A stretch of 63,795 bases of DNA, filler included, from Hausera hauseri (lineage: Eukaryota): assembly GCA_046269625.1 (NCBI GenBank). It is 12 parts of 12 records of this genome, joined end to end, with 100 filler letters (N's around TTAATTAATTAA, not from the genome) between each part and the next. Parts side by side here need not be neighbours in the genome. Positions count along the whole stretch, not along the records: positions 33,650 to 39,377 come from JBJURY010198303.1; positions 39,478 to 44,517 come from JBJURY010354042.1; positions 44,618 to 50,188 come from JBJURY010228518.1; 9 more parts are not named here. One strand, given 5' to 3'. How positions within the stretch are numbered: position 1 is the stretch's first letter; each line of letters starts with the position of its first letter. Positions 37,301-49,225 of the stretch are shown piece by piece. Under the pieces are notes generated by a model, which saw only the letters and a program-made list of their open reading frames with translations, ran no database searches and had not been told where the DNA came from. A program made the translations under genes and the position numbers.

Positions 37301-39377
37301 TCAGCTCGATTGATTTTACAATAATTTTTCCTCAATCTAAACTTCAGCAAAACCAGCCACCTCCTGACATCCTTAAATCTTTTAAATCTTGCAAAACCAT
37401 CGAAGGCATAGCCTTTGACACCTCCAAACCTAATAATCCCAAAATCATTCTTTCTGAGTCGCTTCAAAAAGAAGCATTACACAGCGTACATTCGTTGCAT
37501 CATCCCGGTGCCAAGGCCACTTATCGACTCTTACAACGCCATGTAGTATGGCCGTCGATGCGCTCTGAAGTGCAGGCATGGGTTAGGCAGTGTGTGACAT
37601 GCCAAAGATACAAAGTTACTAAGCACCTAAAGCCACCACTATTTCATTTTCCCTGCACGTCTTGTTTTGAATCTGTTTACATTGACCTTGTAGGCCCACT
37701 ACCCTTAGACAACGGCCATAAATTCATCCTCACAATGAGGGACCGTTTGTCGCGATGCCTAGAGACTGTCTTGCTTCGGAGCACCAACACAGAAACAATC
37801 GCAGACGTTTTCATCCGCATTTGAATAAGCAGGTTTGGATCAGCTCGCCACATCATTTAGGACCAAGGTCCACAGTTCGAATTTAACCTGCTTAAAGCTC
37901 TTGTCAATCGATTGGGAATTAGCCACATTCATACCTCACCATATCATCCCCAATCGAATGGCCTTCTCGAACGCTTCCACCGAACCACGAAAACGTCTTT
38001 CAAATTCCTCGCTGAGTCCAATCGCAGTTGGACTACACTCTTTCCGTACGTTCTGCTTGGCTAGCAGAACACACCATCTACTTCTACAGGCTGTTCACCT
38101 GCAGAAGCATTATTTGACACTCCCATCAGATCATTATTTGAGCTGACTGACCTGGACAATACTCACACAGACGAAACCATACAAGCGACACAGAAACATT
38201 TCGTTGAGATCATCGAAGACTCGTTTTGCAGATTGTTACACGCAAATAAACCTTACATACCCGACGATTTATATACTGCCAAGTTCGCTTGGCTAAATAA
38301 TTAGACGTCGTGTGGCTTTCAACCTCAGTATGTCGGCCCTTACAAAGTAATTCGCTTACACTCCCATAACATCATCATTCTCAAAGACGACAAAGAAGTA
38401 ACTGTTTACATCAACAACGCTAAGCCGGCTTTCTTCATCGTCGACACGTCTCCCATCGAAACTACTTCTCCACCAACATCTCTACACGACGCGCAACAAT
38501 CCAGCAATTTACGTTCCATTTCTACTACATGTCTTAATTCACTTTCCCCTACGTTTTCTCCCAAAACTTCCACTTCAATTTCTTCTCACAATTCAGCCTC
38601 TTTCTCCCCATCCGATTTTTCAACTTTAAGCCTTCCAATGCCTCTTTCACCCCCTGATAACAACCTGCTTTCTCCTTTTACAGTACTTGCTCCATCAAAC
38701 ACCACTTTGACTTCACCAATTTCTCCATCTGCCCCTCTCATCATTCCAGCCTCTTGCATACCACCTGCCAATTACTTGCCTTCGCTTTCTCCATCTTTCT
38801 GCTTTCTTTCATTTTGTACCTCTTTGCCGTCTTCTCTCTCTTTCTGTCCTTCTCATTCCACACCTTCCTCGTCTTCGGCGCTTTCTTTCGCCCTTTTTTT
38901 AAGCGCGTCCCCTTTTACCCCTTTCATTTCCACTTGACATCTTCCTTTTCTTTCTACTTCCATCCCTATCCCTTTTCCTCTCTACTATTATTTCTGTTTC
39001 ATCTTCTACTTCCAGTCTCTCACACAATTCAAATCCAACCTCTGCTCCAATTTCTCTTTTTCTTCGTTTATCCGCCACTACACCTTTAATCATTCCTTCG
39101 TCTTTAACAATCTCTTTTCCTCCTTTACCTTCTTCTTTTCTTCTTTCTGACTCGTCTTGGCTTCACACAACACTAAAAACAAAATCTGACAATTTCTTTC
39201 CCCAACTTCAACCTCTGCAGCCAAACACACAACATAAATACAAAACACGCAGTCATATTTAGCAAGTATACCGGGGAAAAATCGTTAGAAGGCACCCAAC
39301 GTCTTTTCCACACTAAGACCGACTGACAGACACTTTTTCGTTTTGCGGTTTTTTTTTTCTCTTTCATTTTTTACCCT
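34315..39377 (+). mobile_element. Gypsy LTR retrotransposon, CsRn1-like clade, copy B (5' LTR remnant about 34315-34418, UBL, internally deleted gag, pol, long 3' region)
   Basis: Two CHCC knuckles at 35001-35147, then LIDTGA, SPWSSPLHVVPK, YPYIDD, TTDAS, YSTFDRELLA, HPG..C..C, IDLVGP and NGLLERFHR. Confidence 0.95.
34426..34632 (+). other. Ubiquitin-like domain upstream of gag, copy B (ends LHIHFRIRGG, followed directly by ATG)
   Basis: LFIFFLNNKYI...(shift)...SSDFYPTHNGSLVSLVGTLQSSSTHISLHIHFRIRGG|MDSS. Confidence 0.65.
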
Positions 39378-39477
39378 NNNNNNNNNNNNNNNNNNNNNNN
39401 NNNNNNNNNNNNNNNNNNNNNTTAATTAATTAANNNNNNNNNNNNNNNNNNNNNNNNNNNNNNNNNNNNNNNNNNNN

Positions 39478-40860
39478 AAAATATGGATGCAGACGCACTT
39501 TCGAGAATACCATACGAAAGAATAGTAGCCGCAGTCCATAAACCAATAGATAACGAAAGCGGTAAACAATTGAATGAAAAAATCATTAACGATATGTTAC
39601 AAGAACAACGACAAATTCAGGTCCGGAATATAGAGACTTTACAATATCAAGATCCATTCATTGTGCAAGTCAAAAAATTACTCAATGGACAGTTATTTGG
39701 CCAAGTATCAAATTCCATTCAACAATTTTTATGCAAAACACAGATAGAATCTAGACATTGAAAATGGCATTTTAAGATTAAAAGTCAGCGAGCGACAACT
39801 GATTTTTGTACCCACACCAGCAATTAAATCTGTTATCTTGCAAGAACATGCTTCACAATTAGCTAAACATCCGTCCTTGAATAAGACTGAAGCGTACAAC
39901 CGCAAAGCATTATTGGCCTCAAATGAATAAACATATTGAAGGATGGGTACGTTCGTGTAAAATGTGTGCTACAAGAAAGGATAGAGGGACTGGTGTAAAA
40001 CCTTTCCTGAGCAGTCGACCTGAAGCTCGCAAGCCCATGGAAGTGTGTTCAATGGATATCTCGGGACCATTTCCAATTTCCGATTCAGGATACAAATATG
40101 TATTATCACTTGTTGACTATTTCTCTCGCCATGTTGTACTAGTACCTTAAAAAACATGACTAGTGATACTGTGGCGGATACTGGGCACACCGAACCAGTT
40201 GTTAACTGATCGCGCACCATACTTAATCGGCGAATTTTTCAAAAAACTCAAAAATATTCCAATGCAAACACATGTTAACTACATCCTACCACCCTCAACG
40301 TAACGGTATGGTTGAAAAGATGAATCTTACAATCCAAGGCATTCTTTCCACAAAAGTAGCACATGACCAAAAAGATTGGCAAAACCATCTCAAAACTACA
40401 GCCTTTGAAATTAATACTACCCCTACTAAAGGTACCAATCATTCACCGTTCGAATTAATGTTTGGACGATTGCCTTTGTTACCGCTAGATACGGAACTAT
40501 TACCATAATCCTTACAGACAAGTGACCATATGGATGAACAATATCAGAATTTACTCAAACGACTTGAATATTTTCAGAAGAAAGCAAAGGAATTTGAAGA
40601 AAAATACAGAGGCGGATACAAGAAGCAGTTTAATAAGAAGGCTCGATCACATGCTTACAAAATTGGAGACTATATAGTGGTCCATTACCCCGCTGCGAAG
40701 AAAGGGAAGTCGTTAAAATTAACACGCACTGGACAAGGATCATACATAGTTGTTGATGTGCGCCCACAGATGCTTTTTATCCAGAAAGGACCAAACAAAT
40801 AGGAAGCGGTTTCAGTTCAAGGAGTCACTCAAGCCCCTGCATCATACAGCAAATTTATTC
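39478..40860 (+). mobile_element. Gypsy RNase H end plus integrase (different family), degenerate
   Basis: ADALSR, H..(H)P, YWPQM...WVRSCKMC, MDISGPFP, VDYFSR, TDRA, TTSYHPQRNGMVEKMN, SPFELMFGR and a GPY/F-like GQGSYIVV. Confidence 0.92.
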
Positions 40861-40928
40861 TGGAAACAAATCTAAATACATCTAATTTGGAAGAACGTAA
40901 ATTAGCCGCTCTACTTCAAACTTGCGTT

Positions 40929-42539
40929 ATGAATAAACCAGGTAATGACTATTACCAAGCCCACCTCACTTTGGGCAGACACATAGGCATAGTTTTGTTT
41001 ATCTTAATGACGCTTTTTGTTCCATCTTCAACTGTGGATGCAATCCTGACAAAATTCCAATAGTTAGTATAGAATTGATCACACGTGCTTCTATTGCTCA
41101 TATGGACAAAAGTAGACCTAACATTTGCCTAAGGACTTACACACCAGTATTCGTACAACACGAGGTGACTTTTATCTTTACATCAAACCATAACACATCG
41201 TTTATCTGCACCATTACTGAGAGACATAATCAAACGTGTTGCCCATTTAATTACATAACGACTTACACCTATTATGTAGAATTGAAGGCTTACCATAAGG
41301 ATATTGCTACTTCGGAACCCAACATGATCCTTCATGCTCCCAATTACCAAGACATGACAACGTTAGAAAACTCAGATATAATAGAGCGCGATCCTTTCAT
41401 TGTTCGATTCTTGGAGAATGATATTGAAATTTCGGGTATAAACCTCAAACCGAAAATCCCATGTATGAATTTCCGTACCACGCAATTGCTATCTGTCAAC
41501 TACAAAATTATCATATTGATCGATCCTATTTCCAGTTATAGCACAACCATATTACTGTTATATTAAGAGAAACGATACTCGGTCATGTTGTGCATTATAT
41601 CCATACATTTGGTATAAACTCCGTTTTGAGGCATACCGAACGCTGGAAACAAGACAATCAATTAGGGTACATTCCCACCATTTACCCATTCTTTTTTCGG
41701 TGAAACCAAACATAGCATTTCAAACTCTTGCACAGCGTACAACACCAACTCGGACGCTTGTAAACCGGTCAACGACACCCAAATTACGGACTACACCTAC
41801 TGTGCGAGAGCGCACAATATTGGGTAGGAGGACATCCGCCCCGTATTCTATGGAAAATGGATGAAGGAATTCCCAATAAAATTCAAATTAACACCTTATA
41901 CAGACCGAATTGAGATAACATTTCAAAATAAAATAAATGAACGAAACATTGTGATAACATGTAATGGTTCTCATGAAAAAGTTATTATCAAGTACGAGGC
42001 ACATAGACGGAGCTTCTGCGGAAAACTAGCGCCGGATACCAATTATTTGGTAAGGATAGAAACCCCGAATAACTCCAAAATTGTAGCCATAAAAACACAG
42101 CCAGCAATAGATCAATACTGCCATATAAGATACAATGATGACGATGAGATGGAAGTTAACCACGACCACGACAAGGATCACCGAAATATATCGCTCACAG
42201 TATTGGTGGACATCTGCAATAGTAGCGGGTATTGGTATAATTCTTATGATGCTTGTCGCATTGGATAGGAAACCCAAGTGCAGAAAGAAAAGGCATGACG
42301 AATCACACTACTCTATAATTCGAGGAAATCACCAAGGCCCACGGTTAAGTACAATTAAGAAACAGAATGAAAATAGAAAGCCCAATAGTCCCGATCCAAC
42401 CCCACTCCTTTTGGACAGAAATCGAATTACAGAAGAGAGTAAAAGTAAGGAAACGTGTACTACGTTTTGCTTTGTCCCTATATTGGTTCTGGGACTAGTG
42501 AATAAGGATTGTTGTAGTTATTTACTAGTTACTTACTAG
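40929..42539 (+). pseudogene. Type I membrane protein in the env position: signal peptide, FN3-like repeats, Thr-rich stalk, TM helix, cytoplasmic tail
   Basis: Signal-like IGIVLFILMTLFVPSSTVDA; FN3-like YTYYVELKAY, DYTYCARAHN and KLAPDTNYLVRIET..IVAIKT; sequons NTS, NQT, NDT, NGS, NNS; TM WWTSAIVAGIGIILMMLVAL (42204-42263) followed by RKPKCRKKR. Confidence 0.65.
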
Positions 42540-43225
42540 TATCCAGTCTCTTGTTTGGACCAATTATGTTAATTTATTCAGTCTACAAACTAATGACCAA
42601 TGAGGAGACGATAACCAAATGTTTCAGAAATTTGATTAGTTGGCCCATTACAGTAGATTTTGAAGAATATAAATGCGATGTGCAACGTCAGTTAGTCGCA
42701 CAAAAATTTAAAACAATGTCCAGAAATTCACTTATTCAGGCTCCGGAATCCGGAAGCAGTCAATTAATAAATCTAACCCCGAAAGTCGGAGGACAGAATA
42801 TTTTCAAACAACAAAATGCAGTTCTGATGAAAGAAGAGCATGAGGATAAATGAATACAAAAACTTAGTACAGCTAGAAAAAACATGACATATTCCTTTTA
42901 TGATAAATTATTGGAGCATTTGGACAATTCGACTGGCCGTATTAGATGAAGTCACAAAAATACCTAAGGTACTCAAATATGAAGAGAAAGGGAACCGCGA
43001 GATTCTCCCCTTTAAGACTTTCAATTCCAAAATCACATTCAGATTTCCTCAATGGACCGGAAACATTTTAGGAATCGCTATCCATGTTGCTATAGGAAAA
43101 GTCATGGTAATGTTCCGGAAACTGAAAGGAAGAAGAAATTCTCTAGAAATAGTAGCCGGTCAAGAATCCTGTCAAATCAATTACACCCATAGATCAGTCG
43201 CGTACTCGACTCAGCTAAAGAAATA

Positions 43226-43830
43226 TTGAATATTGGAATGGTCAAGATTTTCAGAATGGAGAAGAAATTCCCAGTGTTAATGCCTCTGAAATACAAGGTT
43301 GTACCCACGGATGAGGATCTCTTGGACGAGCCAAACATTTTATACACCAATAAATCTAATAGTTCCAGATATGTAGCGGTTTCCTTCGCTTACGGACACA
43401 AATCAAACGTATTACAGGTTCCACTTCCCATCGAATTGATAATTGCCGAGAAAGATGGAGAAGTTATATTCAACCAAACTATAGGACCCAGAAGAACTAT
43501 TCATAACTTAAACATCATAAGACGTGGAATAAAGTGGGAACAAGTAGAGAATGGAATGGATATCCATATGGTTCATAAAGAATTTGAAAAATATATCTTG
43601 GGATATAAAATAGTGGCACTGGAGGCTCAAAAAACCTTCAAGGCACTATGTATTCCAGTGAATAAGACATTTGCGATTTTTGTCCACTAAAATGCGTCAA
43701 ATGCACCATAGACAATCGAATCAAGTCGTTAAACCAGTTGATAGAAATTTTGAAATTATCGAGATTTCCTAGCACTACTATGGGACGATTACAACTTACA
43801 ATGAAAGCCCATAAAAAACTGACCGAGACG
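43226..43830 (+). pseudogene. REXO4/ISG20-like DEDDh exonuclease homologue lacking catalytic residues
   Basis: RYVAVSFAY..ELIIAEKDGEVIFNQTIGP..TIHNLN...GIKWEQVENGMDI..VHKEFEKYILGYKIVALEAQKTFKAL, then in another frame KSLNQL..STTMGRLQLTMKAHKKL. Spacing follows REX4 YVAIDCE..SIVN..GEVVYD.YVKP..V.DYRT..SGI.......V..E....L.G.ILVGH...NDLK.L..SLK.L..HSSVEDA..TM.LY. Confidence 0.65.
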
Positions 43831-44618
43831 TATGTGTGGATTCCTCCAGATCTCCATAATAATTCAATAGACTGGAAATATTCTAAATCGTGAAAGAATT
43901 TACTTAGCTGGATTACAATGGAAATATGACACATGCAACGTTAACAAAACGAAATGAAACTAAACTAGTGATGTCAAAGCAAACGACAGTTGAAGAAGAG
44001 TTTGAAGTAATGGATTGGGAGATAATAGAACCAATGTTTGAGGAAGAAGATGAAATATCTACCAAAAAACCCTTAAAGCGGAAATGGAACAATGCCAATT
44101 CTATGACTGTCTCCACCCAAACTGAACCATTACAAAGCAACAATCTAGTGAAAGAATTGTTATGTTCACTCAGACTCAAAAGCAAACAAAATTCGCGTTA
44201 ACGGAATACTTATAATGATTATGGGAAATGGATTAATAATACCAATTGTATTAGACGAAGTCATTACGGAGAAAAGTGTTGCACAACTTGGAATCCGATA
44301 TAAGCAAATAACAGATTTTGAATCTATAGGAAACAAACTGTTTGCAGTACAGTATACCAGATTATCTGGAGAAAAGAAAATTCTTATCCCATATAGAGAA
44401 TTCTCTGACATCTTAAAATTTCGTATAGAAATGAACCCCGAAAGAGCAATAAATGTTCCAGAATTTCGATGCCACCTATTCATTCCCAACCAAATAATTA
44501 TAAATATAGCAACTAAANNNNNNNNNNNNNNNNNNNNNNNNNNNNNNNNNNNNNNNNNNNNTTAATTAATTAANNNNNNNNNNNNNNNNNNNNNNNNNNN
44601 NNNNNNNNNNNNNNNNNA

Positions 44619-45343
44619 TTGTTCTCCAAGGAATCAACATTCGGGGGAGATTTATTCAGTGCAATGAAGTATAATAAGAATTTATATTCAGTGAAAGACT
44701 TTTTCAATACGATTGAAAAATTGACTCAGAAAACTTTTAGTCACAAAATAGATGAAGAATCGTTTAAAATGTATTTGTTCGAGGAATTCATTAAACAATA
44801 TAGAAATGTTGAAATACGTAAAAATAAATGGAATAAATAACCTTTCATAGATTCAAAGATTGTCAAAACTTGAGATCGGAAAAGAAATTATGCAGGAACC
44901 AGAAATATCAGTGAATAAAAGATAACGGAAATCTTATGATCAAGTAACGAAGAATTATAACATTGTGCGTTAACCACAACGATACCAATATTCAAGTAAT
45001 CAATCAAGTCAATGTAGAAGACTTACTCATACAAATCGCAGAGCAAAAGACGACTGACAGAAGGATTCAACATCAGGCAGTCCGTTGTTGGGCATGTAAA
45101 CAACTGGAACACATTCGACGAGATTGTCTTTACATAACATGCTCGCATTGCAATCGACGCGGTCACTTCCATTATCAGTGTTATGAATTCCATCCAGAAC
45201 GTCGAAATAGGATAAACGTTGCCGAAATCACTGCAACCAGTTGTGAAAGGGACGATAAACATGAAAATGGACATGATATAAACACGGAATACCCAAAAGG
45301 ATCTGCTTCACTACTAGAGGAGGTAGTTGGGGCCATGGTATAG
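44619..45343 (+). mobile_element. Gypsy gag fragment with two CCHC zinc knuckles
   Basis: CWACKQLEHIRRDC and CSHCNRRGHFHYQC. Confidence 0.85.
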
Positions 45344-45531
45344 TACTAAGTGATTGTTTGAGAGAGTTCGAATGCCTGTGTTAATTGTATGATTGATAAT
45401 TGAGATTTTTTGAGTGATTGCCAATGTTATTTGAATGATTTATATTATAATTATAGTGACGATATTAGTGTAGACAATTTTCAGCATACTATTAATATTA
45501 ACCTCGCTGATTGGATTGACCCCATAGTATA

Positions 45532-46420
45532 CAGGGTGCGGTGCTAAAATCCGGACAAAATTATATATTTTTCCAAACATATTTTATTACAAAAACGAAA
45601 AGGTTTACAAAAATTTTTAACCACATTGTTTTAAAACCATTAAAACACATTTAGTTAATATATCTCCCGCTTGCTTGAATTACCGCCTCCATTCTCGGTC
45701 TGAAGCGTGTGCAGGCTCGCTTTAATGTGTCACGGTCCATATCGGTGAATGCCACTTTAATAGCGGCTCTGAATGATGCGACGTTTGGATGTCTGGACTT
45801 GTCCGTGACCCTTTCAATTACGCATCCACAGTAAACATTTTCTCATCAGAAGAAAACCTGAGCCTTCCGGCAGCATTGTTTTTTAAGGAACACAAAAGCA
45901 ACTTGCAGTGTTCAACTCGCTTTGTCCTGGCGGCTTGGGAAAGCATGTGTCACTTTATTTGTGTAAGATATGTAGCGGAGGTCCTCCTCGACGAATAGAC
46001 GCATGGTTTTCTCTCTCACGCCAACAACCGACGATAATTTTAGGATCGACTGCCCCGGATTCTCAAAAACAGTTACTGAGCACGTTGAATGATGTCGTGT
46101 AGGTTTTCCTCGCCGATATTGCAAAATCTTTGTTGAATTTCTCCGAATCATTGTACTTAGCGATAACATGACACACAGTCGATCTGGGGTACCCGAAGAA
46201 CGGAATGATTTCTGTTGCCGCGCGCCCAGCGCGAACACTTTCGATAATTGCGGCTCTTCGGTTATATTCCACACTTGGTTTCAACATTGCGACTGTTTCG
46301 AGGAGATGATGGTTTAGTACATGCGTCAAGCTATTTGAGTGATAATCGCGACATTTACCAGTGGCATGGAACGGTAAGAATTTCACATTGAATTGTATCC
46401 GGATTTTGGCACCCACCCTG
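45532..46420 (-). mobile_element. Internally deleted Tc1/mariner DNA transposon (DD37D/maT-like) nested between Gypsy gag and pol
   Basis: TIRs of about 30 bp, CAGGGTG(C)GGTGCYAAAATCCGGA, with TA on both sides (45530-31, 46421-22). Transposase pieces MLKPSVEYNRRAAIIE..RAG...EII.FFGYPRSTV, FSSDEKMFTV and ..KRACTRFRPRMEAVIQASGRYIN*. Confidence 0.92.
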
Positions 46421-46469
46421 TATAATGTTTCCAGAGGCAGATCTGGAATAAATAAAGAATCGGAAATTT

Positions 46470-48549
46470 GGAAAGTTTTGTTTGCTAGATACCTGGGCAA
46501 ATATAAATGTTATTGATCAAAGCATTTTGGATCTTAATAATAACGTACAATTTAAAGCTCACAAAAGTAGCGTACAATATGCTAATAATAGTCCCTTGGA
46601 AATTATTGGTAAATTGGAATTACCAGTTATATGTAACAAAGTGGTCCAAATGTATCAGTTTTTTCGTAGCAAAGGTTATCTTACCACAAGTAATCAATTG
46701 AGTTTCTAAAGGAATTTGGCATTCGTATAACCATGACGGTACTGAACAGCAATACTGTATGCCTATAGATGATGTCAATATTCAAAGGTTTATGAAAAAA
46801 ATTGATATTTTAATGCGACATAAATGGGATATTGGAAAAACGGATATTCTGAAGCACGAAATGTTCACAAAACGGCAGCCGACGCATTTACTTGATAAAA
46901 TTGAAGAAGCGGTTAAGGAAATGGAAACATGTGGAATGATATTCGGCAGTTTAGATTTTCGTGTCCTTAACGATATCACTTTAAGGCCAAATTTCCCAAT
47001 GCCGAACACAGAAGAATTATTAGATTGCTCAGGGAAAACCAGATTTTTTCGACACTTAATCTTGGCAATGCGTATTACCGGGTCGAATTAGAAGGAAATT
47101 CGAAACTTAAGACAGCTTTCAGTACAAAAACTAAATCGCTACCGCGCCTGGCACATTTCTGAAATTAATGTATAAAGTTATGGGAGATTTGAATTCTGTG
47201 TATGTTGAATTATTAGAATGTGTCGTTGTGCTCTTAGATGATATATTAATTTATTTGGAAACATTGGGTGTTCATTATCAGGCCCTAGAAGTGTTTGAAC
47301 GCATCAAAAAAGTCGGGTTAAAAATTAGCCCATCAAAGTGTCATTTTTTGAAAGACGAAATTAAATTTCTGGACACGTGCTTAATAGAAATGGATTGAAA
47401 ATGGATCCAAGTAAGGTCGGCGATGTACAGAATTTCGAAAGATCTAAATGTGTAAAACGTTTACGAAGTTTCCTGGGACTTTTCAGTGATTATTATTATA
47501 GAAAATTTATTGAAAATTATTCAGAATTTGCAGGAACTTTGGAAAGCCTCTGCAAGTCTAAAGAACAGAAGTTGTATTGGTCAGATGCCACAGAAAAGTC
47601 TTTTAACATTTTGAAAAGTAAATTGTACACTGCTTCAATTTTTGTATTTCGTGATTTTACGCAGACTTTCATATTAGATACGGATGTTAGTTTCGATGGC
47701 ATCGGATCGGTATTGTCTCAAACAGATAATCAGGACAGAGAACACATCATAGCTTATGGGTCTTATTCACTTTCTCGACATGAAATAGGATACTGCATCA
47801 CAAGAAAAGAATTATTGGTGGTTTATTATTTTTTGATCAATTTAAGCATTATTTATTTGGTAAACGGTTTAGACTAAGAACGAAACACAAGGCAATAACC
47901 TTTATGGCAACAACAAACGATCCATATCTCCACAATTCCAGACATGCATGAATTCTTAGTAGTTTGGATATTGAATGAGTCTATAGAAAGGGTGAAAATT
48001 CAACATAAAAAGTGACATGGAGAATAAAAACGTGAATTCCGTGTTATACATGAAGTTTCTTATACGTGTAAGATAATAAAATATTGATTCCATATTTAAG
48101 ACGTCATTTTATTAATGAATATCACGAAACATTGTCATGCAGGAAAGAAAAACGTCGGAATGTATATTAAGAGATTTTGACATGATATGAATACAGTCAT
48201 CGAAGATGTGATTGTTAATTGCCTTAATTGTTAAAGCAGGGAGACCTATACAGCTGCAACAAAAGAACCACTTCAAACTATGCCAGAACGTAACATATTC
48301 GAATTCATCTTTGTGGTCTTGTGCGGTCCATTATCACCTGCATTTAACGGAAAGAAATACATTTATGCTGTTATCGATCAAAAAGACAAATGTATTTGCC
48401 TGAACGCGACTACGAATCTAGAAGAGAAGACACTATTGGAATCAAACTGGATTTTGAAATTTGAATGTCCAAGAGTAATGCATTGCGATAGAGGTAAATG
48501 TTCAAATGTCACCAGCAAATTCATGAAAGTTGCTACAAAATATACCTAG
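46470..48549 (+). mobile_element. Gypsy pol (PR-RT-RH-IN), degenerate; continuation of the gag at 44619
   Basis: LLDTWANINV, LDFRVLND, LLDDILIY, KISPSKCHF, FILDTDVS, YCITRKELL, LCGPL, PRVMHCDRG. Confidence 0.9.
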
Positions 48550-48827
48550 GCAATAATAAGAAAATCGTTAGAAACATAGAGTTCCCATTTCTAGAATTTA
48601 AAATAATCAAATACAATTTTGGATCTTCAAAGTTTACGTTGTTTCAAAAGCATTCATTTGAATTTAACAACTCTTTAAGAGGTTAATTCAAACCATTAAT
48701 AAATAAACCATTAATTAGCAAAATGCAAATCGAAGTATTGTGTAAAATGTATTAGTAACAAATATTTTCTATAATGTAATGTTTAATTATACAGACAAAA
48801 CTTTTTATAAACAATTTGACGATAATG

Positions 48828-49225
48828 TCAACGTTCAACAAGCGATACTTTTGCCTTTCTTTCCTTGGATATTTCTATTTCGTTTACCTGAAGTTTCCTT
48901 TTCTACTTAACGCATAATAAATACAAAAGATAAAATTTAACCAACCCTCGTTTTGCTAGATTTTCGGACTTTTAAATTATTTTCATTTGATTCAATTAGA
49001 ACAGCATCTGTAGGATTTAAATATACAACATCTTCGGGAGAAAATTTCGTGGAACACTAAAATAAACTGTAAATCTGAAGCACAAACATAACTCTAACAT
49101 TCAAGCAAATGTCACCTGGGATTTCATCAAATGCTTTCTTTGACATAACACAACCGCATGCCCAAATGCACAAAAACGGAAAACGTCCGTTCATTTCTAA
49201 TCCAATAATGGGGCAAAAATAATTT
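48828..49225 (-). pseudogene. RTF2: RTF2 (replication termination factor 2) 3' fragment with 42-nt (49057-49098) and 43-nt (48903-48945) introns
   Basis: YFCPIIGLEMNGRFPFLCIWACGCVMSKKAFDEI..DICLN|CSTKFSPEDVVYLNP compared with human FICPVVGLEMNGRHRFCFLRCCGCVFSERALKEI..EVCHTCGAAFQEDDVIVLNG. Splicing removes in-frame stops and restores the CxxC pair. Confidence 0.88.
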
